DNA from: Narcine bancroftii
Lineage: Eukaryota
DNA: 64,000 nt
Direction of reading: 5' to 3'
Assembly: GCF_036971445.1 (NCBI RefSeq)
Contig: NC_091480.1
Span: forward strand, 79,670,001 to 79,734,000
Shown: piece by piece, positions 11,271-26,074 of the stretch
Numbering within the stretch: position 1 is the first letter of the stretch
Layout of the letters: every line of letters begins with the position of its first letter
Translations under genes and position numbers: made by a program
The notes under the pieces: generated by a model
Database searches by the model: none
Told to the model about the DNA's origin: nothing
Seen by the model: the letters and a program-made list of their open reading frames with translations, nothing else

Positions 11271-14200
11271 ATTGTCATCGCAAACTTTTGGATTGTAATT
11301 AAAATGTGGAATCTCTGGCATTTGCTGCGCGGAAATGATATGTCCATATATATGACCTTGGTGCAGAAGGTGGAACTAATAATGCCTTATGCGGATTGGT
11401 ATTATACTGAAGTATAACGCTGCATAATTACACCTCTGGGTATATTGTAACATAATTTCCGAGCAACATTTGAACTGTTCTATTCCTGTACATTTTCATC
11501 AGAGCGAAATCTATAGTTTGGGAATTGCGTAATAATTAAATTGTTGGACTAACTTTTCCATTCTTGAAGACATCGCAGCATCGTTAAATGGGGAAATGGA
11601 TCAATAAGACACGGGAGATTGGAAGGGTAAAAATAACTGTACATTGTGTGAAAACTGGAATGATAGAATCTTATCTGTCGAGCTATTGCTGAAATAAAAT
11701 AATTCAAAACAGAGTAACAGAGAAAAATAGTGTGGCACAGATAGACTCCATGATTAGTTTTATAGTGCACTCTCCTTGTTCCATAAGGCAACTTAGATCA
11801 TAATTTAAACTAAAGCAGATTTAACATATCTGTTTTCGAAGCAAAGCAGTTACATGCGACTAATTATAAGCCGACGATGCCTGCAGAATATCTTACTTTT
11901 CATTGATACAATTTAACCAAGCGGGTACTTAGACGGATATTACTCAATCACCAATAATTGTTCAAACATCATACTGAATAAAGGAAGGCAGATCGATGTG
12001 ATCCCAGGTGGGTATATCCAGTTTTTTAATAAAAAAAATTAAAGCAACAATTATTTAAGGAAATAATATTGCCTCAGACTGGACCATTTCCTTCTGACCA
12101 TGAAGGTTTAGCATATCTCTCGTCACGTCGCTGTTTGATTAATTAAACTTAATTTTGAAGGTTTGTCAAAATAGTCCACAATTCGTTGATTTTAACGGGC
12201 AGTTCGCAATCTGGTGTCCCTGTAAAAAATAGGATTGGCTACGGCTTAAAACGCTGGCGTGGACACATCAGAATGCGTCACCGAGGCCGCCCAGTGATTC
12301 TGGAAGAGAATTAAATTAAGGGATGCTGATATCAATCATTCTTTAGATGGGTTTCATTGATGGGTTATAACTGTAGGACTCGATTTTCCTCATGTGCTGA
12401 ATGTAATTTATCACAAACTAGCTTGATTTGTTTCTCTGTTCATCTTCATGGTTTCAATGCACTCTTAAATGTACCGCGCAGGAAAGGACATTAGGAGCTC
12501 GTTATTGTTAAAGATGCTGGGCATTTCAAACTTCACATAAACTCACAGGGTTGCACGGTGTGTCAGGAGCTACCAGCAAATGACTTAATTTCTTATACAT
12601 TGAAGTCTGAGATAAACCGTTATATTAAATTTTCAATGTTGCAATCTCACCCCGATGGCCTGCAGCGACCCCGAACGTCATGACTTTTCTTGTTCATGAT
12701 GCCGGCTGTTGCCAGAGACAATCGCCATTTTCGGTTGGAAATGTGGCTTCAAAGGCTTTAAAATAAAATTTTCTTCCGTTCAACTCCTAACTTTAACACA
12801 CTAACACACATTTGGTGCACACATAAGATAGAAAAATGCTTTGTCACCAGTTCGTTTCGAGTGGCCGTTTTTATATTATGTGAGCAGTGAAAGACTATTC
12901 GATTCGGAGAGATTTTTTAAAAAAAAACACGTTTTATATATTTAATTGCAAAACAGGTCGTTGGAAATTACAACGATATTTCCAGGATTTCACAGTTCTG
13001 ACTGCGCCAGTATTTTAAGAAAGTGAGCCTGTTTCCTTCAAGGTGATTTTAAACACGTGCACAGCAATAGCCTGGCTGATAGGCGGTGTTCATAATAAAA
13101 GGCACCTACTAATACGAAATTGTACCTCCCTGTGCTCTGAATGACCAGAAAAATATCTCATTTTTCACAGATAAAATGGTAAATATTCTCACATGCTATG
13201 CGCTCGATCAAGTCCAATTATTTTAGAAAATACACAAAATGCTGGAAGAACTCAGCAGGTCACGCAGCGCCAATAGGAGGTAAAAATATACAACCAACGC
13301 CTACCTTGAAGAAGGGCTCAGGCCTGAATCATTTCTATATATTTTTACCTCTCATGGACGCTGCGAGACCGGTTGAATTCATCTAGCATTTTTATATACA
13401 GTATTTTCTACAATCACGGCGTCGGCAGACTCCCCCCCCCCCCCCCCCCAATTATTTTGAAACCCACTTTCGCTACAAGAAGGAATAAACGTTCATGAAC
13501 TGAAACTCCTGAAGAATATATTGAGGAATTATACTTAACTGATGAAGTGTAGACGATAGTACAATATTAACTTTCTTCCCTAGCTTTGATCAAATTGGCT
13601 GCAGATAAAACAAGCCGCTTATTTCATAAAATATGTAACATTCAGCATAATAATGTTAACGTGACATTTTAAGCCAGTTTTATGCTAACTTACAGGCACG
13701 CGGGATCTGGTTGCACAAGGGTTTTTCTTTGTTAAAAGTAAAACTTTTCCTTTCAGTGTTTAGACCAGACAACATCCACGTTATATTTAAACTTACATGC
13801 CAAGACTTTAATAACATTCTAACAAACAATGCGGTCGTTAAGTGGAAAACATTCTCAAATCATTTTCTGTAGTTTTCCATAAAACTTCTGAATGTATCGT
13901 GGATTTTTATTGAGGATAAAGGCACCGGGAAAATGACGATACTTGCAATACTATTCATACTATCCATGACAAGTGAATCAGGAGGCCAAGCTTCACTCAA
14001 AATGATGCATATTTTCAAATATAAATCCCAGGATAATGAGATTTTGTATTGATTTGGTGAAATATTTGCGTTTTGGGTTCCTCGTGGCATGTTATAACGT
14101 CGGCAAGCTTTTTATGGATTGAAAAATATGTTAAAATGGAGTATCCTTCTGGATTAAAATGAGAGAAGTCGTAATTATAATATTTACACATAAGCAGATA

Positions 14201-15739
14201 TCATCCCCAATTTATAATGAATTAAAATACAAGAAATCTTCAGTTTTTCCTTTAGAAATCTGAAAGTCCTTTGCCAACAACTAAAAAGGCTCCAAATGTG
14301 AAGCTTAAATGTTAATCAAATGGTACACGAATCGAATCAAATAAATGTTTTAAGTATATTTAAATTGCTTTTATGCCAAGATTAAATGATGCAGATGAAA
14401 GTTTATACAATGAAAGTTTGGCAAAATTGATTTGCAGTGCATATAAACAATTAGCCAAATAATCTTTTCCCTTCGGCGTAACATGTGCTGCGGGTTGACT
14501 TTGTACTAGCTGAATCCAACCGCGATTAGTTATTCCATTTCGCTTTCGTCATGGATGTGTAACAAAGTTAAACATTTTTATTTCACCGGAATGAATAACA
14601 TTATCAAAGTGGTAATGTTAGGTTGGATGGCCGAACAATTTCCCGCCAACATAGTTCCTACTTGACTTTGAATATCACTCCTTTTTGAACATGCAGCTGT
14701 GAATAGGGACGAACCTGATCTGGCAATTTCCATTCAGAAATTTTCTCCATCCTCAGGATCCAAAGAACTTTATTTCTGGAATTCATTCTCCTGGAAAACA
14801 TGGCCTTCAACATTGATAGAAAATCAACGAGAGAGGACGTGGCTTCAAGTTAATTAACAATTAATGCAAAAGCACATCGAAATGATGGAGGAACTCAGCC
14901 GGTCTTGCGTCCCTCCAACATTTAGGTGTGGTTTGACTACAACCCCAGCATCTGCAGACTTTTGTGTTTCACTCTTAACAATTAATGCATATATATTTAA
15001 ACTATGTTACAATAATTCGATCGTTCGCCGGGCGTTCTGTGTGATTTAAGTACAAGCTTCCCGCACTCCTGGGTTTTAGTCCTTTTGGGGAATTAAAACG
15101 CACAGCCCTATCTGTGGCAACGTCGTTAATGTAATGAACTATAAAATATTAAATTCCAAACTAAATAAGTAATGGAATAACAATAGGCTATTTCTAAATT
15201 AATCCATTGATACTCAATGCGAACTTTGACAAAATTAAAATATGATGGGGGTATAAATAAAATATTGGCTTGTGGCGGGCGATGCTGAAAACAATATCTC
15301 TCTTGTGTGAAAATATAAATACCAGAGAGCCTACGAATTTCATTACCAACGCCAGGTTGTTAATTTATACTTAGACGTTCCAACCCACTAATGTCGCTAA
15401 TTTCTTGAACCAATGAAACGACAAAAAAAAGGAAGAATTGTTTGGCACAATTATTGGGTTTAACGGTATTTTAAAATGATACCGGTTTAAGATAATAAAC
15501 GCAATAATCCAACGACGATTATGGGATCTGGTGTGGGAATTCGTCACACGAGATAAGATTAATTAACAAACAAAGTAGTTCCTTTGAAAACTGTGCTTTT
15601 GATTTTAATCTTAATTTGCACTGTTACAGATTTTACTCTTTATATATTTAAATGCAGCAGTGTTCCTTGTTTAAGGCACAATTTCATCCCCAAAAGTATA
15701 TATTCCGAGAGGCCATGTTAATTGTTTAACCCCCATTGC

Positions 15740-15800
15740 GGATTGATTTACGTTTTATTGTCGCTTTGTCGGCCTCATGAAAACTTTAACCAATCGTTTC
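15740..15800 (+). promoter_or_regulatory. HoxB9 promoter/5' block
   Basis: TGATTTAC (Pbx/Hox-like), TTTTATTG (Cdx/posterior Hox-like) and CCAAT (15790-15794) upstream of the ATG. Confidence 0.45.
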
Positions 15801-15903
15801 GCAGATAGCCCACAACATATTAGCTAACTCTACTTTGAGAAGTTGAGAGAACAATTTCTAGTCTTATAATTTCCCAATGAATCGAGGTGTATGATGTTTA
15901 ACA

Positions 15904-16420
15904 ATGTCGATGTCCGGTGCTCTTAGTAACCATTTTGTTGATTCCCTTTTAAGTAATGATAACGAAGGGTCAGCTCAAACAAAGTTAACTTCAGGGCAAT
16001 ATATAGTCTCCAGACAGCCGAGGCTTAGCGAACATCCCGACTTCACTTCTTGTAATTTTCAGACGAAATCTTCCGTGTTCGGCTCCTCCTGGACCCCAGT
16101 TTACCCTCAGCCCTCTGCCAATGTGCCCACTTTGTACCATCCATATTCCCAGTCTCATCCCATCCCGTCTGAAAGCAGGTATACGCGGTCGTGGTTGGAT
16201 TCGAGCTCCAGAACCGTGGCTGTACCCGGGATAGCTTCCAGCGGTCACGATTCATTGAAAACTGAGCCCCTCGCGGGTCACGGCGGCCAACCCTTACCAG
16301 TAGCGCTCCAGAAATTGCATGGGGAATCCTTGGAGAGCGAAATCATGAGCTCCGGAAAAGCGCCATGCTATGAAGACAGCATATATGAAGAGAAAGGAGA
16401 CAAAGAGGCACCAGAACAAA
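15904..16420 (+). CDS. HoxB9: Homeobox protein Hox-B9, exon 1
   Basis: MSMSGALSNHFVDSLL, EHPDFTSCNFQTKSSVFGSSW, YHPY, SRYTRSWL and LKTEPL are Hox9/HoxB9-type motifs; donor A|GTAAGT at 16420/16421. Confidence 0.93.
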
Positions 16421-16732
16421 GTAAGTTGAACGTAAGATGCACTTAATTAATCCCAAAGAGGAAATAGTTCACGAAATTCGTGTTCCACCAATAAGGTTCT
16501 GATTAAATTCAGCTTGTCTCCAGTATAGTAACAGGCATTTATCTGATTTTTATAAGGCTTGTTATTTTATGCGCTTCAGTTCTGTTTTACGGGTTCTACA
16601 AACAACCACCTGCGAATCTTTAACGACGATCTTACCAGTTTATACTCCACCAGGCAATAACGGCATAAATGCTTGACCATACCTTTTCCCCTTGTTATTT
16701 TTCTTTCTTTTCGTATTAATTTTCTGAAAAAG

Positions 16733-16750
16733 GTGAGAGTGAGTGAGTGA

Positions 16751-16806
<56 letters not shown>
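16733..16806. repeat. (GAGT)n/(GA)n microsatellite in the HoxB9 intron
   Basis: About 25 GA units at 16757-16806, preceded by GAGT units. Confidence 0.95.
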
Positions 16807-16809
<3 letters not shown>

Positions 16810-17116
16810 TTATGCATTGCTGCCGCCGTTTTAATTTTACCCCCCAATTTACAAACCTGGTCACAGACAGCACAAATAAATATATTGGAGCCTTTAGTAG
16901 ATGTTCAGAAATTTGTAATTTTATAATACAATTTACTGAAGAAAAAAAAACAGAGGTCTATGGCCAGAACACACGTACGCCTTCACAGTTCTCAGGCCAA
17001 TGAATGTTGTGGGAATATGTCCCCACATGCATTGCATTGTGAGAAGTGTATTGATGAAAACAGTTCTTATTCTGGTCTGACTGCTTTTTCCTCTTCCCTT
17101 TCCAAATCCTCTTCAG

Positions 17117-17358
17117 ACAATCCTTCAGCAAATTGGTTACACGCTCGCTCCACAAGGAAGAAACGATGTCCTTACAGCAAGTATCAGACCCTGGAGTTGG
17201 AGAAAGAATTTCTGTTCAGCATGTACCTCACCAGAGAACGGAGGCACGAAGTGGCGCGTCTTCTGAACCTGACAGAAAGACAAGTTAAAATCTGGTTTCA
17301 GAACAGAAGAATGAAGCTGAAAAGACTCAACAAGGAGCACATCAAGGAATTCGAGTGA
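17117..17358 (+). CDS. HoxB9: Homeobox protein Hox-B9, exon 2 (homeodomain)
   Basis: Pyrimidine tract plus CAG at 17114-17116; [19 protein letters not shown]...[26 protein letters not shown]. Joined CDS is 759 nt (252 aa). Confidence 0.95.
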
Positions 17359-20300
17359 CAAGCCGTTTCATGGAAACTTGAGCGCGTAGCCCATTATTGG
17401 TCTCACTGCAAGATATCCGCAAACCACTGTAGTTCAGAGAAAACCGCCATCCTTACCCAACAAAGAATAATAGCCGGAATGTAAACTTTTAACATCCAGC
17501 AATTCGGCTATTTATTTCGAGCGTTTTAGTGCATTCATTCAGGGAATAGAGTCACGTGTAAACTATTTTATTGCAGGATGTTAAGCGATACAACTTCCTC
17601 TCGTTCTGAAACACTCCAGTCAGAGACAACAGCGAGCTTTTATTTCCACTGCCTTCTCTTGTCTAGACGGTTTAAAAAGAAACTTCAGGTTATTTATAAA
17701 TTGTTGCAATTTCTGTGAACCTTGTGGCAGATCGCGCTCCCGAGCAACTTTTTGAGAAAAGGGTCTTTAACCCCCCCCCCCTCACCACGAATGATTATTT
17801 GTATTGCAATATGTTCTGTTTGCAATGGTTTGACACGACTTACTATCAATTGCTTGCATAGAAAGGTAAATGTTTATAATGCATTGTTCAACGCATCACA
17901 TCGCGGTTGTTTGATTCGTGTTTTTCAGACCCCTCTCATCGCTTAGATTTGAGGGTATGCTTTCTTCCATGGAATTGGGGTTACTATTTAAACCGAATGA
18001 TGACGGACTTTACGGATTCTATTGCTGTAGACTTTAGTTTGTGTGTCCGTGTGAGCCTGAGACTGTGTTTAATATTCGTAACTAAGTTCCCAAAGTGTAA
18101 ATGAGCAATGATCACGTTTCGGCCCCCGTGCCCTTTGTTGTGTGTTGGTATATGGGCTAACTATTTCCACGTGTTTTTTAAAAAAAATAAGAGTTTAGAA
18201 TTTAGTAAGCACGAAAAATATGGTGGAGATGAAATTTTTAACAATGTATAACACAGGATTTCATAACAAGTCAGAAATAGAAATACTGCACGGGAATAAT
18301 ATGACAAAATTACGCGGATTATGATTATCTATCAAGATGCAAGAACGAAGATTGACGGATGGGTCGGTTTAAAGAGACAAAAGACCGCAGTAAAAATTAA
18401 CATTCCAGGAGTCAACTTGTAAATATTTCTCCGTTTCTTTATGTCTCTGCCCGATGTGGAGCTGTTGTTTATACTCTGGTTTTTATAGGTTTGTGCAGAT
18501 TTTGTATTTAAAGTAATCGAACCAATCATTTCACAGAAACATCCCAAATCTGGGTGGCCTTTACTTTTGGGACTGACCAACAACAGCAGCGCGCGGTTGC
18601 ACTATTTAAGGTGATTTATATTATTAATGATAGAAATAATAAGAGGGAAACTCACTGAATGATGTTTAAAAGCGACCACCGTTCTCTGTGAAACTAACAC
18701 TACACCAATAGATGGAAATTTATGAATGTATGACAAGAACATTGCAAAATAAAACGCTGTCGATTAATGAAAATTCGGTGCTTTCGCACGACCTTGCGTC
18801 TCTTTTTCAAATCTTGCCTCGTTGCTGGTTCCAAACATAATTCCGTCTCTGGGCCTGAACCGGGCCTTTTCAAATAGCCAGAGGCTAAAAATGTTCACGA
18901 TTATTAAATAAATATAGAAAATAACTGAAACGGGGAATAACAGTTAATATTTGGAACGAAGAAACGAAAGCCAATTCCTAAAATCTCAACAGAACCAAAT
19001 ATTGATCCGATGACTTAGGGGTAAACAATTAGAGATAACGTCAGTGTTGGCCTCCGCAGTCTCGGACACAAGGGTTTTCAGTAATTTTATTGTTCAATTC
19101 TTGAGCTTTTCCAATAAATTCTTCACCACAGTGGATACAATGGCGAAGCGGCAGTACAATAGCACAGAGCAGAGAATGCATGCAGCTCCTGGCAAGGAGC
19201 AAAGAAAACACAAGACGAAGTGTTTCTCTGAATAATGTTAGATCAAAATGTGTCAATTGTATGAAGGAACGTGAGCTGGAGTCGATGCGGAAAGAAATAT
19301 GGTTGAAAGCTTTTACCGTAGAAATGAAATGCAGAGACTGAGTCCCCTTCCCATGTTTTGTTCCCAGAGACAAAACAAAGAATTCACGACGTTGAAGTAT
19401 TTTTCCAATTAATTAACTCGCTACTGAACAAAGTTCAAATTTAACAACATTTATATCTTGCTGACTTTATATATTTTAGTATCCAATTCAGACTATAAAC
19501 CACGAAAAGTCATTACTTATTTCACGATAAATATTAAGCATTGAGGTCTTTGGAACAAAATTAAACGCTTGAGTGATTCGAATCTAAAATAACCCGTATT
19601 TATATGTAAAGCGGATTATATGTTATAAGAGAATATACAGAATTTATTGGATTGAATATATCATTATCTGTTTTTCAGAATGACGCTGTCATAATAGGGG
19701 GTGCTGCCAACCGACCGATATGTTACCTTTCCAATCTAATGGAAATTCAAGATTATTTACAAACTTCAAAGGAATTCAATCCGCCTTTATATATATTTAA
19801 CAGCTTCAGTGAATTAATATATAAAACCTTATTTCTCAACACATGCATATCCTATGAGCATGAATGGCCGCCTATGCATACATTATGAATGTAGACATCA
19901 TGGTATGCACATACACGTGCATAATCGGTGACATTGGTATGATGAAAAGAACAAATTGCTTTTAAAAATTGACCATATTTCTGGTAGCTGTTCCATCCAT
20001 ACACTTAATGACCTATCACAATATGTAGTCGCCAACCAAAGTGTTTCAGAATTGTTACTGAATCGCTCTGTAAAACTTACCACGCGGATGTGCAGGCAAA
20101 CATTCAATAAGGATATGCTAATAGATGCATTCAAGGAAGAAAATAATACGAGCTTCTCAAAGGACGTTTAAACAATCTCCGAGAATGTAATATAGATTTG
20201 AATACGATGAAGGAAATTATTAATTCCATTGTGTATTCAGAATGGGTGCTATTTCTGTTTGATAATACCGGCAAAACCGTGCTGTTGATAACGAAACATT

Positions 20301-20640
20301 CGGTAATTAAACGGGAGGGAAGACGGTTCGCCGTCTTAAACCTTCAGAATGTTTCATTGGAAAGATCTTGGATGTGTCAAGAGCATATTGAAAATTGAAT
20401 CCATGATACTCTGTTTTATAATACCTTCATATTAGGGAAAGTGGCTATGCGGCCGCTTGAAAAGGCGAGATAAAAATAATTACAGGAGTAGGCATGTCAT
20501 ATATTACGACTAATATATCAGTTATTTCAATATTTTTCCTAACACGGGAGACACAGGCACATTAATACACAGAAATGCACGGTGGTGCTGAAAGAGGAGG
20601 AGTTGGGAAGTTGTCTGTCATTTTAGGAAACTCAGAGTGT

Positions 20641-20730
20641 GTGCTGCAATAAAATAATATGACCGCTGTAAACGTTTATAGGGTATAAATTTCTGAAGGT
20701 TAAGAATTGAACGCCTGTAAAACAAACACA
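20641..20730. promoter_or_regulatory. Cdx/Hox-site-rich non-coding block between HoxB9 and HoxB8
   Basis: GCAATAAAA, TTTATAG, ATAAA and AAACAAACA (forkhead-like) motifs clustered; resembles the Cdx-responsive enhancers 5' of Hox8/Hox7 genes (from memory, not aligned). Confidence 0.5.
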
Positions 20731-21340
20731 GCAAAGGAAAAACTTTCAGAACCTATTAAATTCAACTCACAATTGGAGGTGGCAAGTGATTAAAAAGGTT
20801 GACTTTATATCTCAAAGAAAAGATATAGGAATTTTATTTTAAAGGAAGATCCGGCTGAATATTGAAGTGAAACCAATGTGCTTTTTAGACCCTAAAGCAA
20901 GCGACGCCCTCTTTTGTTCTACTTCCTAACCATTTCAGGCTGCCAGGAATTACTGCAATAAAAAGCTACACAGATTCTGGCGAGACGTCTGGCGCAGAAA
21001 CGTTAGATCTGTTTACTGCCTTCGCTCAAGATTATTCCAAAGTAAAAATGCCCAATTCTTTACTCTTATAGATGGAGAGAATTCAGTTCTGAAATCGTTC
21101 TTTCTCTCTTTTCCCCCCTTGCTCTCCTTTACTGCTCTTTAGGAATTTATGTCGAGAGCAATCGGCTCCAATACTTTATACAGATAAGGTTCGTTGGCAT
21201 CGTCCGCCTCTGTAGAAGATGATGGACCCAATTATGTTCCTTCGCCGCGATTTGAGGCGAATGAATTCTTTACCTCGTGTTGCTTTTATTCCACGACGCA
21301 TATTTGCCAGTGTTATCACGTTCAGAATAATTCTCCCAGT

Positions 21341-21357
21341 CCTCAGTAGGTGGCAGC
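21341..21357 (+). promoter_or_regulatory. CTCF-like motif between HoxB9 and HoxB8
   Basis: TCAGTAGGTGGCAG against the consensus CCASYAGRKGGCRS, one mismatch. Confidence 0.55.
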
Positions 21358-23003
21358 AACGTTCCACCAAACTCAAACCATGGCGATTCTCCACGCGTTT
21401 GTCCAGTAATAAGGGATTTAGTAGCGTTTATGCACTTAAAAAGTGTACATTTCCGAAAATATCACCTTTCTTTTCTGGCTCAGTCCCGTTGCGCAGAAAC
21501 AAGAATAAAATGTCAGAAATGTACTTTTTAAAATGAGGCTCTAATCAGGAATTTGCCTTAATTGTGCCGACATGTTGCTTTATGAAAGTAACATCCGTGG
21601 AATGCTTTATGCCTTTTTTTTTATTTTCAAATGCTTTAGCAAGTCTTAAGAAGTTAAAGAGAGATGAATAGGGATATTTTCGACAGGAGAGCCAACAGCG
21701 CAAGACAATAAATGAAATGAGATTCATTGTGGGGAAATCGTGAGACTTGAAACATTTGGGAAATGTATGAAACCTAAGGTTTTCGTGATATTATTTTGTA
21801 CAACTAGACTGTGATCTTTACAACCGCCTTTTATAAAACGATTCGTGCAATGGAAAAATAACTTGCTTGAAGGGCATGTTTTAAATGATATTATCATAGC
21901 TGGATGCTTACCTTCCAAAAGCATTTTCAGCCCCGTTAGATTCTCACGCTTCTGTGAGCCGAATGTATTGTCGACTGCTTCACGCGTATTGATTATTACT
22001 TGTGTGCCAATCTTCAAATGCAACAAGCCATAATCCCTGAAAGATGGCTGCATAGGAATCTCTTCCAATTTCTGTTTCATTCCTTCCAGGCCTAACAGAT
22101 TTCGTTTTCAACATTTACACGATTTAACAGGTTGACAGCTTCAGTCTTATTTTGAGCAGCCGGGTTTATATTTTAGCCAAACGGCAGTGTTGTTTTGTTT
22201 ATGGAATCAACAGTCGTTTAAAATAGACTTTGGACAAAATAGGACTGGCTACACCATCAGCACTGGGACCTTCTCCCAAGATGAAGGAAAAGCTTTACTC
22301 CTGCTGTGGACGTTATTTACCCCTTTCTGACCCCACTTTATTCCTTTACCTGTTTTGGTCTTTCACATTTTCCAGGGCTGTGTATATTGTTCACGGGCAT
22401 CCGATGGCCCAGAATTTGAGCCAAAAAAAAAATCGCAGAATGTTTTACAAAGGAGCCGAGTGTGACCATTTTTGACGATAGTTTTATCGTTGGATTCTTT
22501 TCCTTTTTTACGGTCTATACCGACAGCCACAGGCAACTATTAATTCACAATTCGAATCATGTGTACTTTTTCTGCGTGCTCAAGGTGTGTGGTGTAAACA
22601 TCTGTGGCCGCGGATTCATCTTTGTGGCTCTTTCTAGCAGGCACATTAAGCATGCGATCTTGAATTTCAGACAAGCCTATTTCGAAGATGTTTTCTCTTT
22701 CGTGTAATGATGAGCACATTCTGTTAATTTCAGGTTAAACTCCAGTGTGATGTTAATCATCCGCTAAATTATAAACATTTATCCCATTAAGGCGGCACAA
22801 GCGCACAGATATGCCATTAATTGAGTTTTATTTGGGTTATTCCGTCTAGTTGCACAGCAGTAGAAAGTTAAACGAAGCCTCACCACTAACATACAATAGA
22901 AACCACTTGCTAAAAGTTCTGCAACAGTGTGGTGACTGATCTGCGAACAATTTCGGTCTGGATTTGACTCTTGAATAGATTTGAAAATAATTGTTCTGAC
23001 TCT

Positions 23004-23153
23004 NNNNNNNNNNNNNNNNNNNNNNNNNNNNNNNNNNNNNNNNNNNNNNNNNNNNNNNNNNNNNNNNNNNNNNNNNNNNNNNNNNNNNNNNNNNNNNNNN
23101 NNNNNNNNNNNNNNNNNNNNNNNNNNNNNNNNNNNNNNNNNNNNNNNNNNNNN
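23004..23153. other. Assembly gap (N run)
   Basis: Run of N. Confidence 1.
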
Positions 23154-24941
23154 GTTTACAGATTGCCTTTTTTTTTTCCAGATTAACAGCATTTGAACGC
23201 ACACAGCCAAACATAAGATATGGAAGTGTGATCACCTTCCGATATAGTAGAAGCATAAAACGTAAAAGATAGTCATAGAGAGATTAACATTAAAACCACA
23301 AGAAATGGAGAAGTCCGCAATATTAGCCAAACATCCCAGAACCATCTAAAGCACGTCACGGCCGCAATACCTCATCATAAAACAACAATCACGTGGGTCT
23401 CCGCGGGCTGGACAGTGGCAAGTTGTGGACATTTTTTGTCATCAGATATCAGTTTCCTAAAAAGGTCCAAAATTCTTCAGCTAATTAGCCTGTTGTAGCA
23501 GCAAAAGAATCACGTTTAAAGCCAGGTAACTTTTGCGCGAATTTCGCGGCTTTATTGATTACGTTGATTCTATGTTGCACCAAAGTTGTATTTTTAAAAC
23601 CCGTTTATCGTTTCAAATCGAATAATTTGTTCCGTTACATTGAATAACATTTCAGGTAAGTTGTGGACAAAAATGAACAATATACAATGCGCAACAATAG
23701 TAAACGGCTTTGTTAAAAATTAAATGGACAAGACGATATCATTCAGAAAGTTGCACTGTAATTTTGCGGAGTGGGGAGGGGGTGAAGTGCTGTTAAATTA
23801 TTTTAATCCGAGCTAATGAAGCAGCAGGTGAAGGTATTTGGAAAGGACAAACTTTCGAATGGAAGCTATTTAATGATTGACGGAACAATGCAATTTATTC
23901 ATTTCCACAGAGATATAACTTACCCTGAAGGTTAATTAAGCCTCTTTTAAAAGTAAATAATTAAAAAATTGTGAATATGTCCAGAATTGAACTCCCCTTT
24001 AAAAATTTATGAAATATTTCACCTTCTACATTTATTGAATACATTTGAACATCTTATTGGATCAATTGACCATATTCTACAGCTCATAAGAGATTAGGTT
24101 AAAAAGATGATATCTAAAAATCGCATAGAGCCGCACACAATAAAGTTTGGACCTGTTACTTTTCCGGCACGGGCATGTCCAGGTCCTCATCATTTGCAGT
24201 GTCTCCTATACGGACTAGAATCGAAACATCCGTATTTTCTTGTGCTATCTTTGCGCACTGGGAGGTTCTTGTAGAAAAACAATGTATTTAAATATCGTCA
24301 AAAAGATAGTCTGGCTAAAACAATTCGTGGGCAGAGAGATCAGTCGAAATACATCAATAGGTATATAAAGATTTCATGGACATTGGATTGATGCAATGAC
24401 ATTAATAACCAAAAGTTTTATTTGCACCTTACGTTTAAATAGCATCTAAACTGTGATGAGAGCGAAAAGATTGTTGATTTAGGTCAGACTTACGTCTGCA
24501 CATGGATCATCCGAATGCCAATACAAAATACGATGTTTGTAATCATTAAAATATATGGTTAAAGGTATTATGTTTTGCCAGTTCTCTAGATGTTTGACAA
24601 AACAATTGAAACTTAGTGTTAACTTGTCCACAAAACAAAAGTATTGGGTCTATTGTATTGGGAAACGTTTCGACATTGGTATACTGGCTCTCATGTTAGT
24701 TGGAGTCTGGCAATATTTCCCAACCAATCGTCCCGAATAAATCATAACACTTAAAATTAGCATAGGGTTCACCATATTTCATTATTACTGCTTTACTTTT
24801 AGGGTTCAGTTGCAAATGATGGCTAAAAATATGGTCCAGGATCATCCCATTTTCCTTCAAGTTAACACTCTGTTTAAGAATGTAATATCAACTCGCTGAT
24901 AAATAATTCTGTTTTAAACAGACAGACAGACAGAAAGACGG

Positions 24942-25118
24942 NNNNNNNNNNNNNNNNNNNNNNNNNNNNNNNNNNNNNNNNNNNNNNNNNNNNNNNNNNN
25001 NNNNNNNNNNNNNNNNNNNNNNNNNNNNNNNNNNNNNNNNNNNNNNNNNNNNNNNNNNNNNNNNNNNNNNNNNNNNNNNNNNNNNNNNNNNNNNNNNNNN
25101 NNNNNNNNNNNNNNNNNN
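24942..25118. other. Assembly gap (N run), flanked by (GACA)n
   Basis: Run of N next to a simple repeat. Confidence 1.
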
Positions 25119-26074
25119 ATAGATCCATAGCAGTCCATGTATATCCGCCCACACGTCTCCTTGCATATATTTCTACTTGCTTCTCTGAACTGCTTTCTGG
25201 GACTCATTACACTTGTAGGGGGGGGGGGGTGGGATGTCGGAAAACTAAAACAATCTTAATGACAAGTTTGATGTATACATTGTGAGCAAATAAGAAATGG
25301 ACAATAATTCCTTTTTACATTAAATGCAGCTCTATATGCATGCTATATCGTTCAAAATAGTAAGCGGCCACAGATAGTCCACTTCTTAAAAACCTATATT
25401 TTACTGCTCCACACAGAGCGTCTCATAAAAGCAGTAACTGCCGTTCACTGCATGTTATAAACAATAACAGGCTGCGCTTTTATTGCGCTTTATAGTTCCT
25501 TAATCTCTTTCCTATAGTTCTCAAATGACTGTTACTGTTTCAGGGTCCGTCCAAGCTCCAGATAAAGGGGGTTATTAATAACAGGAAAACGGATCATTAA
25601 ATTGTTAAATACCACAAAACTCCTTATTTGACATTAAATATAATTTTTTAAAAATCTCAAACAATTTGCATATGCGTGTTGGTGGACATGTCGCAACGCT
25701 GCAATAAGTTGGTAGGAAATATAGCAATTAGGTCCAAAGTTGATAGTAATTAGATTTTTGGTTTGCTACTGTACTTCCATGTCTTGTTGATGTAACTCTG
25801 ACCTTTAAAAGGGATGCATATTCTCATTAAATGGTTTGGAAATTAACGTCTGACTCTCCATCCTCTACTTCACAACAGCAGAGATACTTCCCCTTATCAA
25901 TCTTTTGGTGGCGTATGTATTTCATCTGTTGTAAAGCGGCTGATATCCCGGTAATGAACATGGTGGAATATATTAATCCGCATATTCCCCCCTCTCTATC
26001 TTTCTCTCATTCCCTCTCTCTCTCTCTCACCATTCCCCTTTCACGCGGAGCAGTGTCCGTACGGAGTAAGCAAA

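Noticed and set aside
21219-22080. 105-aa and 118-aa intergenic ORFs between B9 and B8
   Set aside because: No domains, no homeobox and no splice context; lengths are compatible with chance.
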